Assembly: GCA_965247305.1 (NCBI GenBank)
Contig: OZ252030.1
Span: forward strand, 6,193,186 to 6,257,185
Origin: Bryobacterales bacterium
Lineage (GTDB): Bacteria > Acidobacteriota > Terriglobia > Bryobacterales > UBA6623
Length of the DNA stretch: 64,000 bases
Direction: 5' to 3'
A program made the position numbers and the translations under genes. A model generated the notes under the pieces. That model searched no databases. It was given only the letters and a program-made list of their open reading frames with translations, and was not told the origin of the DNA. Shown here piece by piece: positions 1 through 8,963 of the stretch (positions are counted from its first letter, which is position 1; every line of letters starts with the position of its first letter).

Positions 1-450
1 CGGGTCGGCGTCGGGGGCGACTACAAAGTCGTACTCGAGTTGGCCGTCGTTGCCGTAGTAGACGAGGTCGACGCCAGGGTAGACCGACTCGTAGAGCACC
101 TTGCCGAAGGTCTCGACGTTGGTTTTCCAAGCGCCGGGATTGTTGCCGATCAGATAGTTGACCCGGGTGGCGAGCGGCTCGGCGCTACTGGTTGCTGGTG
201 CTACGGCCGCGTCGACAAGCTGCAGGCTTACCGCGACCGTGTCGTCTCCGTTGCTCAACGATAGATAGGCGTCGCCCGCACTCAGCGATAGACGATAGCC
301 CATCCCGCGCGCGACGTAGTCAATAGGCGAGGCCGCTTGGCCCTCGTTTGCTTCAAAGACCAACGGCAGATCGCCGTAGGCTGGTGAGCCGCTTGCAAGT
401 GACGCGGCAAGGGTCAGCGCAGCGATGGCCGCGGCTATTCGATTATTCAT
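1..450 (-). CDS. Secreted protein, N-terminal fragment (gene continues past the window start); DUF7948-like N-terminal domain
   Basis: The reverse strand reads ATG at 450-448 and stays open to base 1 (150 codons): MNNRIAAAIAALTLAASLASG (signal peptide), then LPLVFEANEGQ...NYLIGNNPGAWKTNVETFGKVLYESVYPGVDLVYYGNDGQLEYDFVVAPDADP. That pattern is typical of large secreted beta-propeller/SBBP-type proteins. It is missing from the ORF track because it is truncated. The 40-264 plus-strand ORF is its antisense shadow. Confidence 0.6.
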   Translation of the reverse strand, partial: MNNRIAAAIAALTLAASLASGSPAYGDLPLVFEANEGQAASPIDYVARGMGYRLSLSAGDAYLSLSNGDDTVAVSLQLVDAAVAPATSSAEPLATRVNYLIGNNPGAWKTNVETFGKVLYESVYPGVDLVYYGNDGQLEYDFVVAPDADP

Positions 451-690
451 TGGTACTCCTGTCGGGGGCTGCTAGCCCTAGCGCCGGCAAACAGATCCGG
501 CCTACCTGTTAACGCGTAAATTCCCGGACGATGGGCCCCGGGGATTTGTCGTGCTCACAACAAGGCGGCAGGGAGGGGCAAGATATTGCGGTTCAAAATC
601 GAGTCACCACAATATACAGGAATCAGCCAAAAAACTTAAAGAAAGAACAACTTAGGCCTTGACAGCGACCCGCGAGGTAATCACACTAAG

Positions 691-750
691 GTGGTCAGAA
701 GTAGCCAATCGCGGGCAGAAATAGACATTCGTGGACAAAAGTGGTCAAGC
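691..750 (+). promoter_or_regulatory. Array of six phased 10-bp GTGGnCA-like repeats upstream of mraZ (candidate MraZ operator)
   Basis: Consecutive decamers: gtggtcagaa, gtagccaatc, gcgggcagaa, atagacattc, gtggacaaaa, gtggtcaagc. Positions 4 (G), 6 (C) and 7 (A) are invariant. A TTGACA hexamer sits at 659-664, and the mraZ ATG is at 801. Confidence 0.5.
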
Positions 751-800
751 CAATGCACGTTGGATGTTCTGACAAATGCTGACTATATCTACTTGCGGAT

Positions 801-1262
801 ATGTTTCGAGGAACACAGACGGGCAACGTAGACGCCAAAGGGCGATTGAAGCCGTCGGCGCTCGCGCAGCGAGATCTGAAAGAAGAATACGAGAGCGGCG
901 ATGTTTTCATCACGAGCAAGGACGGAGTAACCGTCAGCATTTATCCGATCAAGGAATGGGAGGCCGTCGAGGCCAGGTTAGCGAATAAGCCGACCGAAGG
1001 CAAGCAAGAAATGGACGGCGCACTAAAAAACAAGATTCTGTTCCAGGCAAATCGCTTTGGGGCGGAAAGTACCTTGGACAACCAAGGACGCTTCCTCGTG
1101 CCTGCCTTGTTGCGGGACACGGCAGGCATGAGGGGCGAAGTTAAGATCCAGTGGCAGTCAAACCGCCTAGTTGTCCTAAACGCGGAGAACTTCGAGAGGG
1201 CGGCGATCGACAACGAGCTTTCCACGGACGAATTGGGTCGTGCGGCGGATTATGGGATTTAG
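801..1262 (+). CDS. mraZ: Transcriptional regulator MraZ
   Basis: 153 aa. N-terminus MFRGTQTGNVDAKGRLKPSA and a second repeat (LDNQGRFLVPALLR) match the duplicated MraZ/SpoVT-AbrB fold. It is the first gene of the dcw cluster. Confidence 0.9.
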   Translation: MFRGTQTGNVDAKGRLKPSALAQRDLKEEYESGDVFITSKDGVTVSIYPIKEWEAVEARLANKPTEGKQEMDGALKNKILFQANRFGAESTLDNQGRFLVPALLRDTAGMRGEVKIQWQSNRLVVLNAENFERAAIDNELSTDELGRAADYGI

Positions 1263-1274
1263 CGGGGTAGCGGT

Positions 1275-2192
1275 TTGGGCCACTACCCCGTCATGTTGCA
1301 GGAAGTGGAGGAGTACCTCCACGTCACTTCCGGCGGAATGTACTGCGACTGTACGGCGGGGGCCGGTGGCTACGCCGAGATGATTTTGCGCTGTCTCGAC
1401 AAGGGGCGGCTGGTGCTGATTGACCGAGACCGGGAGGCGCTCGACGCTTGCCGGGAGAGATTTGGCAAGTATGGGGAGCGTGTGACGTTTTACCACGGCA
1501 GTTACGGCGAGATCGGCGAAGCGGTCAAGGAATCCGCGCCGCTTGCTGGGATTGTCGCCGATCTTGGCCTATCGAGCCTGCAACTCGACAACCCCGAGCG
1601 GGGCTTTAGTTTTCGTGCCGAAGGGCCCTTGGACATGCGCATGGATCGCAGCCGGGACCTGCGGGCGGAGCAGATCGTCAACTATTACGACGAGAACCAG
1701 ATCGCTGATCTAATTTATCAACTGGGAGGTGAGCGCAAAAGCAGAAGAATCGCTAGAGCTATCGTTCGAGAGCGGCCCGTGAAGAACACGCGACACCTGG
1801 CAGAAATCGTCGCGCGGGCCGTCTCTCGGCCGAAATCTCAAAAGATCCATCCGGCGACGAAGACGTTTCAGGCATTGCGAATAGCGGTGAACGATGAGGC
1901 TGACGAGCTAAAGAAGCTACTAGCCGCCGCGCCTTCGCTGCTCGCTCCAGAAGGACGGTTCGTGGCGGTTAGCTTTCACAGCGGCGAAGACCGTTTGGTG
2001 AAACAAGCCTTTCGCGACGACGGCAAGACCGGCGTCTACGAGATTTTGACGAAGAGCGTGGTGCGCCCTTCAGATCGTGAAACTTATGATAATCCGCCCA
2101 GCCGCAGCGCCAAGCTGCGAGCGGTTCGACGAACGGACCGAGAGATTGGGCGAGGCGAGAAAGAGAGCTTGGTGACGCAGTGGAGCAGCTAG
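1275..2192 (+). CDS. rsmH: 16S rRNA (cytosine1402-N4)-methyltransferase RsmH
   Basis: HYPVMLQEV, DCTAGAGGYAE (SAM site), ADLGLSSLQLD, SFHSGEDRLVK and NPPSRSAKLR motifs. It holds the position after mraZ. TTG start in the ORF track. Confidence 0.93.
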   Translation: MGHYPVMLQEVEEYLHVTSGGMYCDCTAGAGGYAEMILRCLDKGRLVLIDRDREALDACRERFGKYGERVTFYHGSYGEIGEAVKESAPLAGIVADLGLSSLQLDNPERGFSFRAEGPLDMRMDRSRDLRAEQIVNYYDENQIADLIYQLGGERKSRRIARAIVRERPVKNTRHLAEIVARAVSRPKSQKIHPATKTFQALRIAVNDEADELKKLLAAAPSLLAPEGRFVAVSFHSGEDRLVKQAFRDDGKTGVYEILTKSVVRPSDRETYDNPPSRSAKLRAVRRTDREIGRGEKESLVTQWSS

Positions 2193-2719
2193 TGCAGCCG
2201 AGAAAGTCCGCGCCCGAGGCGCCGTCGAATATACAGGTACGTGGGTTCACCTACGACGGCGTCCGGGCCGGACGAAAACTGCGGGCAGGACTCTCGCGAA
2301 GGGCTGCGTCTACTCGTCCGTTGCCACTCGAAGATGTAGCGTTTTTCATCAAAGTCATTGAGAACAACGGTGTTGAGCATCGCTACGATCCGTCGGATGA
2401 GCGTTCACTGCGAGGACTGCTGGGCTGCGGTTTGGTGGTGGCGCTGACGCTTTTAATGTTGTTTGGTCCCCGTGCGTGGGTTCGGCATTCAGGGTATCGG
2501 GCGGCTGAGCTAAGCCGGCAGATCGAAGAGCTGCAGGTGGTGCAAGATCAGCTCAAGGTGCGTCAAGGTCAGATGGGCGACCTACGGCGCGTCGCGGATT
2601 TGGCATCGAAGGATGGGTTTATTGAGCCCAGGCCTGGGGATTACGCTTGGCAGGACCGCACGGTTCCGCCTGCCAATCCAGACAATGCTTTGGCTTTACT
2701 GTTGGCGGAAGGCGATTGA
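2180..2719 (+). CDS. ftsL: Cell division protein FtsL-like (single-pass membrane, coiled coil)
   Basis: Sits between rsmH and ftsI. One TM helix (LLGCGLVVALTLLMLFGP) is followed by the heptad-like ELSRQIEELQVVQDQLKVRQGQ. The cytoplasmic N-terminal part (about 90 aa) is long for FtsL. Assignment rests on position and architecture only. Confidence 0.6.
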   Translation: MEQLVQPRKSAPEAPSNIQVRGFTYDGVRAGRKLRAGLSRRAASTRPLPLEDVAFFIKVIENNGVEHRYDPSDERSLRGLLGCGLVVALTLLMLFGPRAWVRHSGYRAAELSRQIEELQVVQDQLKVRQGQMGDLRRVADLASKDGFIEPRPGDYAWQDRTVPPANPDNALALLLAEGD

Positions 2720-2785
2720 TTGGGTGTGCCTGCGATCAGGCCCATCTGTGGGAGAGTGTCGGGCTTATGCCCTTGAAGCGAGTCA

Positions 2786-4978
2786 ATGTTAAGGTTCAGG
2801 CAGAGAACGGGCGGCGCACCCGGATTGGGTAAATCACAGCCGTCCTCTGCCCCCTTAGCGTTCATGATGGCGAACCGCCGCCGTCTCATTCGAATTTATC
2901 TGTTTGGCCTCGCCGCGTCATTTTGGTTTGGCGTGCTGACGCTACGGCTTTGGGATTTCCAGGTACGCCAGACCGATCGGCTGACGGAAAAGGCAACTAA
3001 CCAGCACGAAGGCGAGGTCGACATTCGGGCCGAGCGCGGAGCGATATTCGATCGTAGCGGCTCTGAACTGGCCTTAAGTACACCGGTCAACTCGATCGGA
3101 ATATTTCCAAAGAAGATCGCAAATCCAGACGTCGCAGCCGGAGTTCTGGCTGAGATTCTGCAGATTGACGAGGCGGACCTCAGAAGGAAGCTAGGTAGCG
3201 AGCGGTTTCAATGGGTGAAGCGGCTGGCTGACCCCGCCGAGGTCGAGCGCGTCAGTCAATTGGGCCTTAAGGCTCTGCACTTTGAAGAAGAGAGCAAGCG
3301 CTACTACCCGAAACGATCGGTCGCCGCCCAGGTGCTTGGCGCGGTTGGATTGGACCACAACGGGCAGGCAGGCCTTGAGCTCTATTTCGACAAACACCTG
3401 CGCGGCACGGACGGCCTTGGTCTTTTGCAGTATGACGCGAATCGGCAGTACTACCAGCGGCAAGAACTGCAGGCGCCGATTCCGGGCAGCGATCTATTGC
3501 TGACTCTCGATCTGAGGCTACAGAGTCTTGCGGAACTTGAACTAACTAGGGCCGTCAGCGAGACCGGGTCGAGGGCGGGCACGATCGTACTGATGCGGCC
3601 GGATTCAGGCGAGATTCTGGCGATGGCGAACTGGCCGCCGTTCGACCCGAACGAGCGGGTTCGCACGCAACAGGATCTTGAGAACCGAAAGAATTTCGCG
3701 CTCAGCCACATGATCGAGCCGGGGTCGACTTTCAAGGTCGTCACTGCATCGGCGGCGATCGAAGAGCGATTGACAGACCCTAACGAGTTATTCGATTGCG
3801 AGATGGGCGGCATCAACATCGGCAACCGGCGCATCCGCGATCACAAACCGTTTGGGCTGCTTACCCTGGCGGACGTGCTCGCGAACTCGAGCAACGTGGG
3901 AATTATCAAAGTTGGCATGCGCCTCGGGAACGAGGGAATGCACCGCTATCTGATGCGCTTTGGCTTCGGCCAGCAAACGAATATCACGCTGCCTGGAGAG
4001 ACGGCGGGGCTCGTTCGCCCTTTCAAACGTTGGCATTCCGATTCCTTAGCGTCAATTTCGATGGGGCAAGAGATTGGGGTTAGCGCACTACAGATGGCGC
4101 GCATGTTTGCGGTGATTGCTAACGATGGCTACCTGGTTGAACCGCGGATTGTCGAGGCCGTTCGCGATCACCGTGGAAAGTTGGCGCCCGTAGAGCATGC
4201 GCCGAAAGTGCGGGTGATTAGCGCGGACACCGCCGTCACCATGAAGGCAATTTTGGAGCGGGTCGTGTCCGGCGGGACTGGCCGGCTTGCACAAATCCCG
4301 GGTTATCGCGTGGCGGGCAAGACCGGGACGGCGCAGATGATCAATCCCGAAACGCACTCCTACAAAGATGGCACCTACGTCGCAAGCTTCTGCGGCTTGG
4401 CGCCGGTGAACGACCCCGCGTTGGTCGCCGTGGTTGTGTTAGATGCGCCGCAGGGCAAATACTACGGCGGCCAGATTGCCGCACCCGTATTCCCGAAAGT
4501 CGTTCATCAGGCGCTGCGATATCTCGATGTTGTGCCAGGGCGCCCATTGGAACGCGCCTTCGAGCAACTGCCCGAAGTTCCGGCGCACCTTTTGGCTGAC
4601 TTCATCGCGGAAGAGCCCGTCGGAGGGCTGGCAATCGACTCGGCGGGACAGATTTTGGTGGCATCGATGGGCAGCGTGTCGAGCGGCGCGTTCAGTTCCG
4701 AAGCAGATGCCGCTAGGCCCGGCGAGCGCTCGAACGTCGCGGTTCGCGTGACCGGTCAGGTGACACCCAATTTTCTAGGACTGTCGATGCGCGAAGTTTT
4801 CGCGATGGCGACGAGGCTGGGAGTCACCGTTGAGGCGGACGGGAACGGGCTGGTGTTGCAGCAATCACCGGCCCCGAACACTCCGCTGACACGCGGATCG
4901 GTCATTAAGGTGCGCTTGGCGCGGGCTTTACCGGCGGCTGAGGCCGTGCCCGAGCTGCAAACGAGCGGCGGGGGATGA
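2786..4978 (+). CDS. ftsI: Penicillin-binding protein FtsI (class B PBP, transpeptidase) with C-terminal PASTA domain
   Basis: N-terminal TM helix, PBP dimerisation region, and STFK (SxxK), SSN and KTGT transpeptidase motifs. C-terminal VTPNFLGLSMREV...LVLQQSPAPNTPLTRGSVIKVRL looks like PASTA. An alternative start is ATG 2864 (MMANRRRL). Confidence 0.9.
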   Translation: MLRFRQRTGGAPGLGKSQPSSAPLAFMMANRRRLIRIYLFGLAASFWFGVLTLRLWDFQVRQTDRLTEKATNQHEGEVDIRAERGAIFDRSGSELALSTPVNSIGIFPKKIANPDVAAGVLAEILQIDEADLRRKLGSERFQWVKRLADPAEVERVSQLGLKALHFEEESKRYYPKRSVAAQVLGAVGLDHNGQAGLELYFDKHLRGTDGLGLLQYDANRQYYQRQELQAPIPGSDLLLTLDLRLQSLAELELTRAVSETGSRAGTIVLMRPDSGEILAMANWPPFDPNERVRTQQDLENRKNFALSHMIEPGSTFKVVTASAAIEERLTDPNELFDCEMGGINIGNRRIRDHKPFGLLTLADVLANSSNVGIIKVGMRLGNEGMHRYLMRFGFGQQTNITLPGETAGLVRPFKRWHSDSLASISMGQEIGVSALQMARMFAVIANDGYLVEPRIVEAVRDHRGKLAPVEHAPKVRVISADTAVTMKAILERVVSGGTGRLAQIPGYRVAGKTGTAQMINPETHSYKDGTYVASFCGLAPVNDPALVAVVVLDAPQGKYYGGQIAAPVFPKVVHQALRYLDVVPGRPLERAFEQLPEVPAHLLADFIAEEPVGGLAIDSAGQILVASMGSVSSGAFSSEADAARPGERSNVAVRVTGQVTPNFLGLSMREVFAMATRLGVTVEADGNGLVLQQSPAPNTPLTRGSVIKVRLARALPAAEAVPELQTSGGG

Positions 4979-6456
4979 GACTCGACGAAATGCTCGCTAG
5001 CGTATCAGTCGGCGTGGTCCCGCCCTTGATCGTGAATGGATTGGAGTATGACTCACGCAGAGTGCAGCGCGGCAACGCCTTCTTCGCCTTCGCGGGTGAG
5101 CACTTTGACGGCCACCGGTTCGTTCCCAAGGCCTTCGACGCGGGCGCGGCGGCGATTGTCAGTGAACAGATTGCGCCCCAGGGTCTCGAAGATCAGTGGG
5201 CAAGAGTGTCAGATGGCCACCGGGCATTGGCGCTTTCAGCGCTGAGGTTCTACGAACGTCCCGATCGACACCTGCAACTTACCGGCGTGACCGGCACGAA
5301 CGGGAAGACGACGACGGTGTACCTGATCGATTCACTGTTGCGCACGGCCGGGAAGGTCACGGCGCGGTTCGGAACGATCGAACATCGGGTGGGAGATCGA
5401 GCAGTTCCGGCGATTAATACGACGCCCGAATCGCTCGACGTGATCCGCCACTTGGCCGAGCTGCGGGAGCTCGGTGGCTCGCACGCAACGATGGAAGTTT
5501 CCTCGCATGGTCTCAAGATTGAGCGAGTTTACGGCATGGATTTTTACGCGGCGGTCTTTACGAACTTGTCGCAAGACCATCTTGATTTCCACGGAGACAT
5601 GGGGAACTACGTGGCCGCAAAAAGGCGGCTATTCGAGGGCGCCGGCGGGGCGGTTCCAAAATTCGCGGTGATCAACTTGGACGACGAGGTGGGCCGAGAG
5701 CTGCTGAGTAGTAGTCGATCTGAAAAGCTCTCATACGGACGCACGCCGAAGGCGGACATCTCGGCAAGCGCTGTCGAGACGAATTTCGACGGCATTCGCT
5801 TCAGCGCGGCAACTCCGGCGGGCAAGATAGCCGTGAACTCGCCGATGAATGGCGAATTCAATGTCGCAAATATTCTGGCGGCGATCGCGACCGCGCTGGC
5901 GCACGGCATTCCAGCAGGGCAAATCGAGCAGGGGCTGCGCGAAACGCCGGCTGTTCCCGGGCGCTTCGAGACCGTAGACGAGGGTCAGCCTTTTTTGGTG
6001 GTCGTAGACTACGCGCACACTGACGATGCGTTGAAACGGCTGATCGAATCGGCGCGGGATTTGCTTTCAAACCGCGGCGAGCCAGGCAGGATCCTCACGC
6101 TGTTTGGTTGCGGCGGTGATCGCGATCGCAGCAAGCGGCCAACGATGGGGCGCGTTGCCGGAATGCTGAGCGACTGGGTAATTCTTACATCCGACAATCC
6201 GCGGACGGAAGACCCGTTGGCGATCATTCGCGACGCGCAGGCTGGGCTGGCGGAAGGTTCGGCGCAGTTTGCATTGGAGCCGGACCGCGCCGCCGCGATT
6301 GAAATCGCCTTAAAACAGGCGCGATCGGGCGACATTGTTCTGATCGCCGGCAAGGGTCATGAAACGTACCAGGTTGTGGGGGAAGCCAAGCTGCCGTTCG
6401 ATGATCGGGAAACGGCACGCCAAGTGCTGAATGAGTTGGGGTACGGCGGAAAGTGA
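4975..6456 (+). CDS. murE: UDP-N-acetylmuramoyl-L-alanyl-D-glutamate--2,6-diaminopimelate ligase MurE
   Basis: GVTGTNGKTTT P-loop and Mur ligase middle and C-terminal domains. The DNPR motif (LTSDNPRTEDP) indicates meso-DAP specificity. ATGA overlap with the ftsI stop. Confidence 0.95.
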   Translation: MRLDEMLASVSVGVVPPLIVNGLEYDSRRVQRGNAFFAFAGEHFDGHRFVPKAFDAGAAAIVSEQIAPQGLEDQWARVSDGHRALALSALRFYERPDRHLQLTGVTGTNGKTTTVYLIDSLLRTAGKVTARFGTIEHRVGDRAVPAINTTPESLDVIRHLAELRELGGSHATMEVSSHGLKIERVYGMDFYAAVFTNLSQDHLDFHGDMGNYVAAKRRLFEGAGGAVPKFAVINLDDEVGRELLSSSRSEKLSYGRTPKADISASAVETNFDGIRFSAATPAGKIAVNSPMNGEFNVANILAAIATALAHGIPAGQIEQGLRETPAVPGRFETVDEGQPFLVVVDYAHTDDALKRLIESARDLLSNRGEPGRILTLFGCGGDRDRSKRPTMGRVAGMLSDWVILTSDNPRTEDPLAIIRDAQAGLAEGSAQFALEPDRAAAIEIALKQARSGDIVLIAGKGHETYQVVGEAKLPFDDRETARQVLNELGYGGK

Positions 6457-7826
6457 ATTTGAACCTGACTCAGATTCGAGCGTGGATTGGCGTTGACGCC
6501 ACGGGCGACGCAGCGCCAGCGGCGACTGGCTACTCGATTGATTCTCGAACGGTATCACCCGGTGACCTATTCTTCGCGATCAAGGGCCCGAACTTCGATG
6601 GCCACGAGTTCGTTGACGATGCCCTCAGAGCCGGCGCAGTCGCGGCGGTCGTTGCGGTTGGCTATCGGCCGGGTGAAGAGACAGGGTTGATGCGCGTTGT
6701 CGATCCGGCTGTGGCGCTGGCGCAGCTCGCTCATGCGGCACGACGCGCCTGGGACGGCTCGGTCGTTGCGATCACCGGAAGCAACGGAAAAACGACCTCA
6801 AAAGAAATTACCGCCGCAATCTTGGGCGAGGCGCTGGCGGTTTCGAAGACGGCGGGCAATCTCAACAATGAGCTGGGTTTGCCGCTTTCGATCCTTCGAA
6901 TCGGCGACGGTGACCGCGTAGCCGTGCTTGAGATGGGCATGAATCATGCCGGCGAGATTCGCCGATTGGCCGAGATCGCCGCGCCAAACATTGGGGTCGT
7001 GACAAACGTCAGTGTCGCGCACGTTGGCCACTTCGATTCGATTGGCGGAATCGCCGCGGCAAAGCGCGAGCTTATTGAGTCGCTTGATTCCGACGGTACC
7101 GCGGTGCTGAACGCGGACGACGAAAGAGTTGCCGCTTTTGGGACGGCACACGCCGGCCGGACCATCACCTTTGGGATCGACAACGCCGCGGATCTACGCG
7201 CGGAACACGTCGTCGACCTGGGTACTGATGGTGTTCGTTTCTCGGTGGAAGGCGATGAGTTCGAGACGTCATTAGCCGGTCGCCACAACGTCTACAACGT
7301 CGTTGCGGCATTGGCGGTCGCGCGTACATTTGGGATCGAACTGTCTTCGCTGGTCGAGGCGGTTCGCCGCTTGACGCACGTTGGCATGCGCGGCGAGGTG
7401 CGAAGGGTTGGTGGCGTAACAGTGATCGATGATTGCTACAACGCGAATCCGGCCGCGATGAAGGCGATGCTCGACGTGCTTGAAAATACTCCGGCGCGTC
7501 GGCGGGTCGCCGTATTGGGCGAAATGCGCGAGTTGGGCGCACGGTCTGTCGCGCTGCACCAAGAGATCGGCGCCGCAGTGAGCGCCGCTGGAATCGATCA
7601 TCTGATCGCGGTTGGCGGCGACGCAGTGCAAATGGCGTCGGCCGCGGGCGGATCCGCTGAGTTTTATGAGACGCCGGAGGCGGCCGGGCTCAGGTTGGCC
7701 GAGTATCTATCGCCGGGCGACGCTGTCTTAGTGAAAGGCTCTCGTGGCGTCGCGCTGGAGCGCGCGCGCGATATGGCCTATCGAAGTTTGGAAACCGCCG
7801 ACGTACTTGTAGAGGAGGTCAGCTAG
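6453..7826 (+). CDS. murF: UDP-N-acetylmuramoyl-tripeptide--D-alanyl-D-alanine ligase MurF
   Basis: ITGSNGKTTSKE P-loop, DDCYNANP motif and dcw position. GTGA overlap with the murE stop. Confidence 0.93.
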   Translation: MNLNLTQIRAWIGVDATGDAAPAATGYSIDSRTVSPGDLFFAIKGPNFDGHEFVDDALRAGAVAAVVAVGYRPGEETGLMRVVDPAVALAQLAHAARRAWDGSVVAITGSNGKTTSKEITAAILGEALAVSKTAGNLNNELGLPLSILRIGDGDRVAVLEMGMNHAGEIRRLAEIAAPNIGVVTNVSVAHVGHFDSIGGIAAAKRELIESLDSDGTAVLNADDERVAAFGTAHAGRTITFGIDNAADLRAEHVVDLGTDGVRFSVEGDEFETSLAGRHNVYNVVAALAVARTFGIELSSLVEAVRRLTHVGMRGEVRRVGGVTVIDDCYNANPAAMKAMLDVLENTPARRRVAVLGEMRELGARSVALHQEIGAAVSAAGIDHLIAVGGDAVQMASAAGGSAEFYETPEAAGLRLAEYLSPGDAVLVKGSRGVALERARDMAYRSLETADVLVEEVS

Positions 7827-7829
7827 CCG

Positions 7830-8963
7830 ATGCTGTACCACCTCCTTTACGAGCAGCTGTTCGAATATTTCAGCCCGCTGCGCGTGTTTAGCTACATCAC
7901 GGTGCGCGCCGCGTTGGCGAGTTTCACCGCACTCGGCCTGGGACTGGCGATGGGGCCGTGGCTTATCAGGCGATTGCAGGAAGCTCAGATAGGCCAATAC
8001 ATTCGGTCTGACGGACCCGATTCGCATCACAAGAAGGCCGGCACGCCGACTATGGGCGGGCTGTTGATACACGTGTCCATCATCGTGCCGACGTTGCTGT
8101 GGGCGGATTTGAGCAACTCGTACGTCTGGATCGCTTTGCTGGCGCTAACGGGATTCGCGCTGATCGGACTGATTGACGACTACGCGAAGGTCAACAAGCA
8201 ACAGAATTTGGGCCTTTCGTCGCGCGCCAAGCTCGGGATGCAAGTGGCGATGACCTTTGCAATCGGCAGCATTTTGATTTGGATGAACGCTCACGGCAAC
8301 TATGACATGTCGATCACGCTGCCGTTCTTCAAAGACATCAGGCCAGACCCGGTGATTGAGTCGTTGAGGGGGGGCAGTCTTAGTTTCCCGTTCGCCTTTG
8401 TGCTGTTTTTTGGGTTCTTGTTTTTCGTATTAGCCGGCGCCAGTAATGCCGTGAATTTGACTGACGGTCTCGATGGTCTGGCGATTGGGCTGGCGATCAT
8501 CTGCGTTGGCGCACTAACAGTGCTCGTTTACATCGCCGGGCATAGCAGAATTTCGCAATACCTCGACGTGCCGAGTGTGCCGATGGCGGGTGAGTTGACG
8601 ATTTTTTGCGGCGCCGTTGTCGGCGCGAGTTTGGCGTTTCTCTGGTACAACTCCCACCCGGCCGAAATTTTCATGGGCGATGTGGGCTCGCTCGGTCTGG
8701 GTGGGGCGATTGGAACCGTAGCGGTGCTGGTAAAGCAGGAGATCGTGCTGCTGTTCATCGGCGGGGTTTTCGCCGCGGAAACGTTGTCGGTGATCCTGCA
8801 AGTGGCAAGTTTCAAGATGACCGGAAAGCGCATTTTTCTGATGGCGCCTCTGCACCATCACTTTGAGAAGTTGGGCTGGGCGGAATCGAAAGTGATTGCA
8901 CGATTTTGGATCGCTGGGTTTGTGTGGGCGCTGCTGGCGCTGAGTACGTTAAAACTGCGATGA
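7830..8963 (+). CDS. mraY: Phospho-N-acetylmuramoyl-pentapeptide transferase MraY
   Basis: Polytopic membrane protein with KKAGTPTMGG, NAVNLTDGLDGLA, MGDVGSLGLG and APLHHHFE motifs. Confidence 0.96.
   Translation: MLYHLLYEQLFEYFSPLRVFSYITVRAALASFTALGLGLAMGPWLIRRLQEAQIGQYIRSDGPDSHHKKAGTPTMGGLLIHVSIIVPTLLWADLSNSYVWIALLALTGFALIGLIDDYAKVNKQQNLGLSSRAKLGMQVAMTFAIGSILIWMNAHGNYDMSITLPFFKDIRPDPVIESLRGGSLSFPFAFVLFFGFLFFVLAGASNAVNLTDGLDGLAIGLAIICVGALTVLVYIAGHSRISQYLDVPSVPMAGELTIFCGAVVGASLAFLWYNSHPAEIFMGDVGSLGLGGAIGTVAVLVKQEIVLLFIGGVFAAETLSVILQVASFKMTGKRIFLMAPLHHHFEKLGWAESKVIARFWIAGFVWALLALSTLKLR

Noticed and set aside
40-264. 74-aa plus-strand ORF at the window start
   Set aside because: It lies antisense to a much better supported reverse-strand gene (ATG at 450, signal peptide, recognisable conserved domain). 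It is a typical GC-rich shadow ORF.
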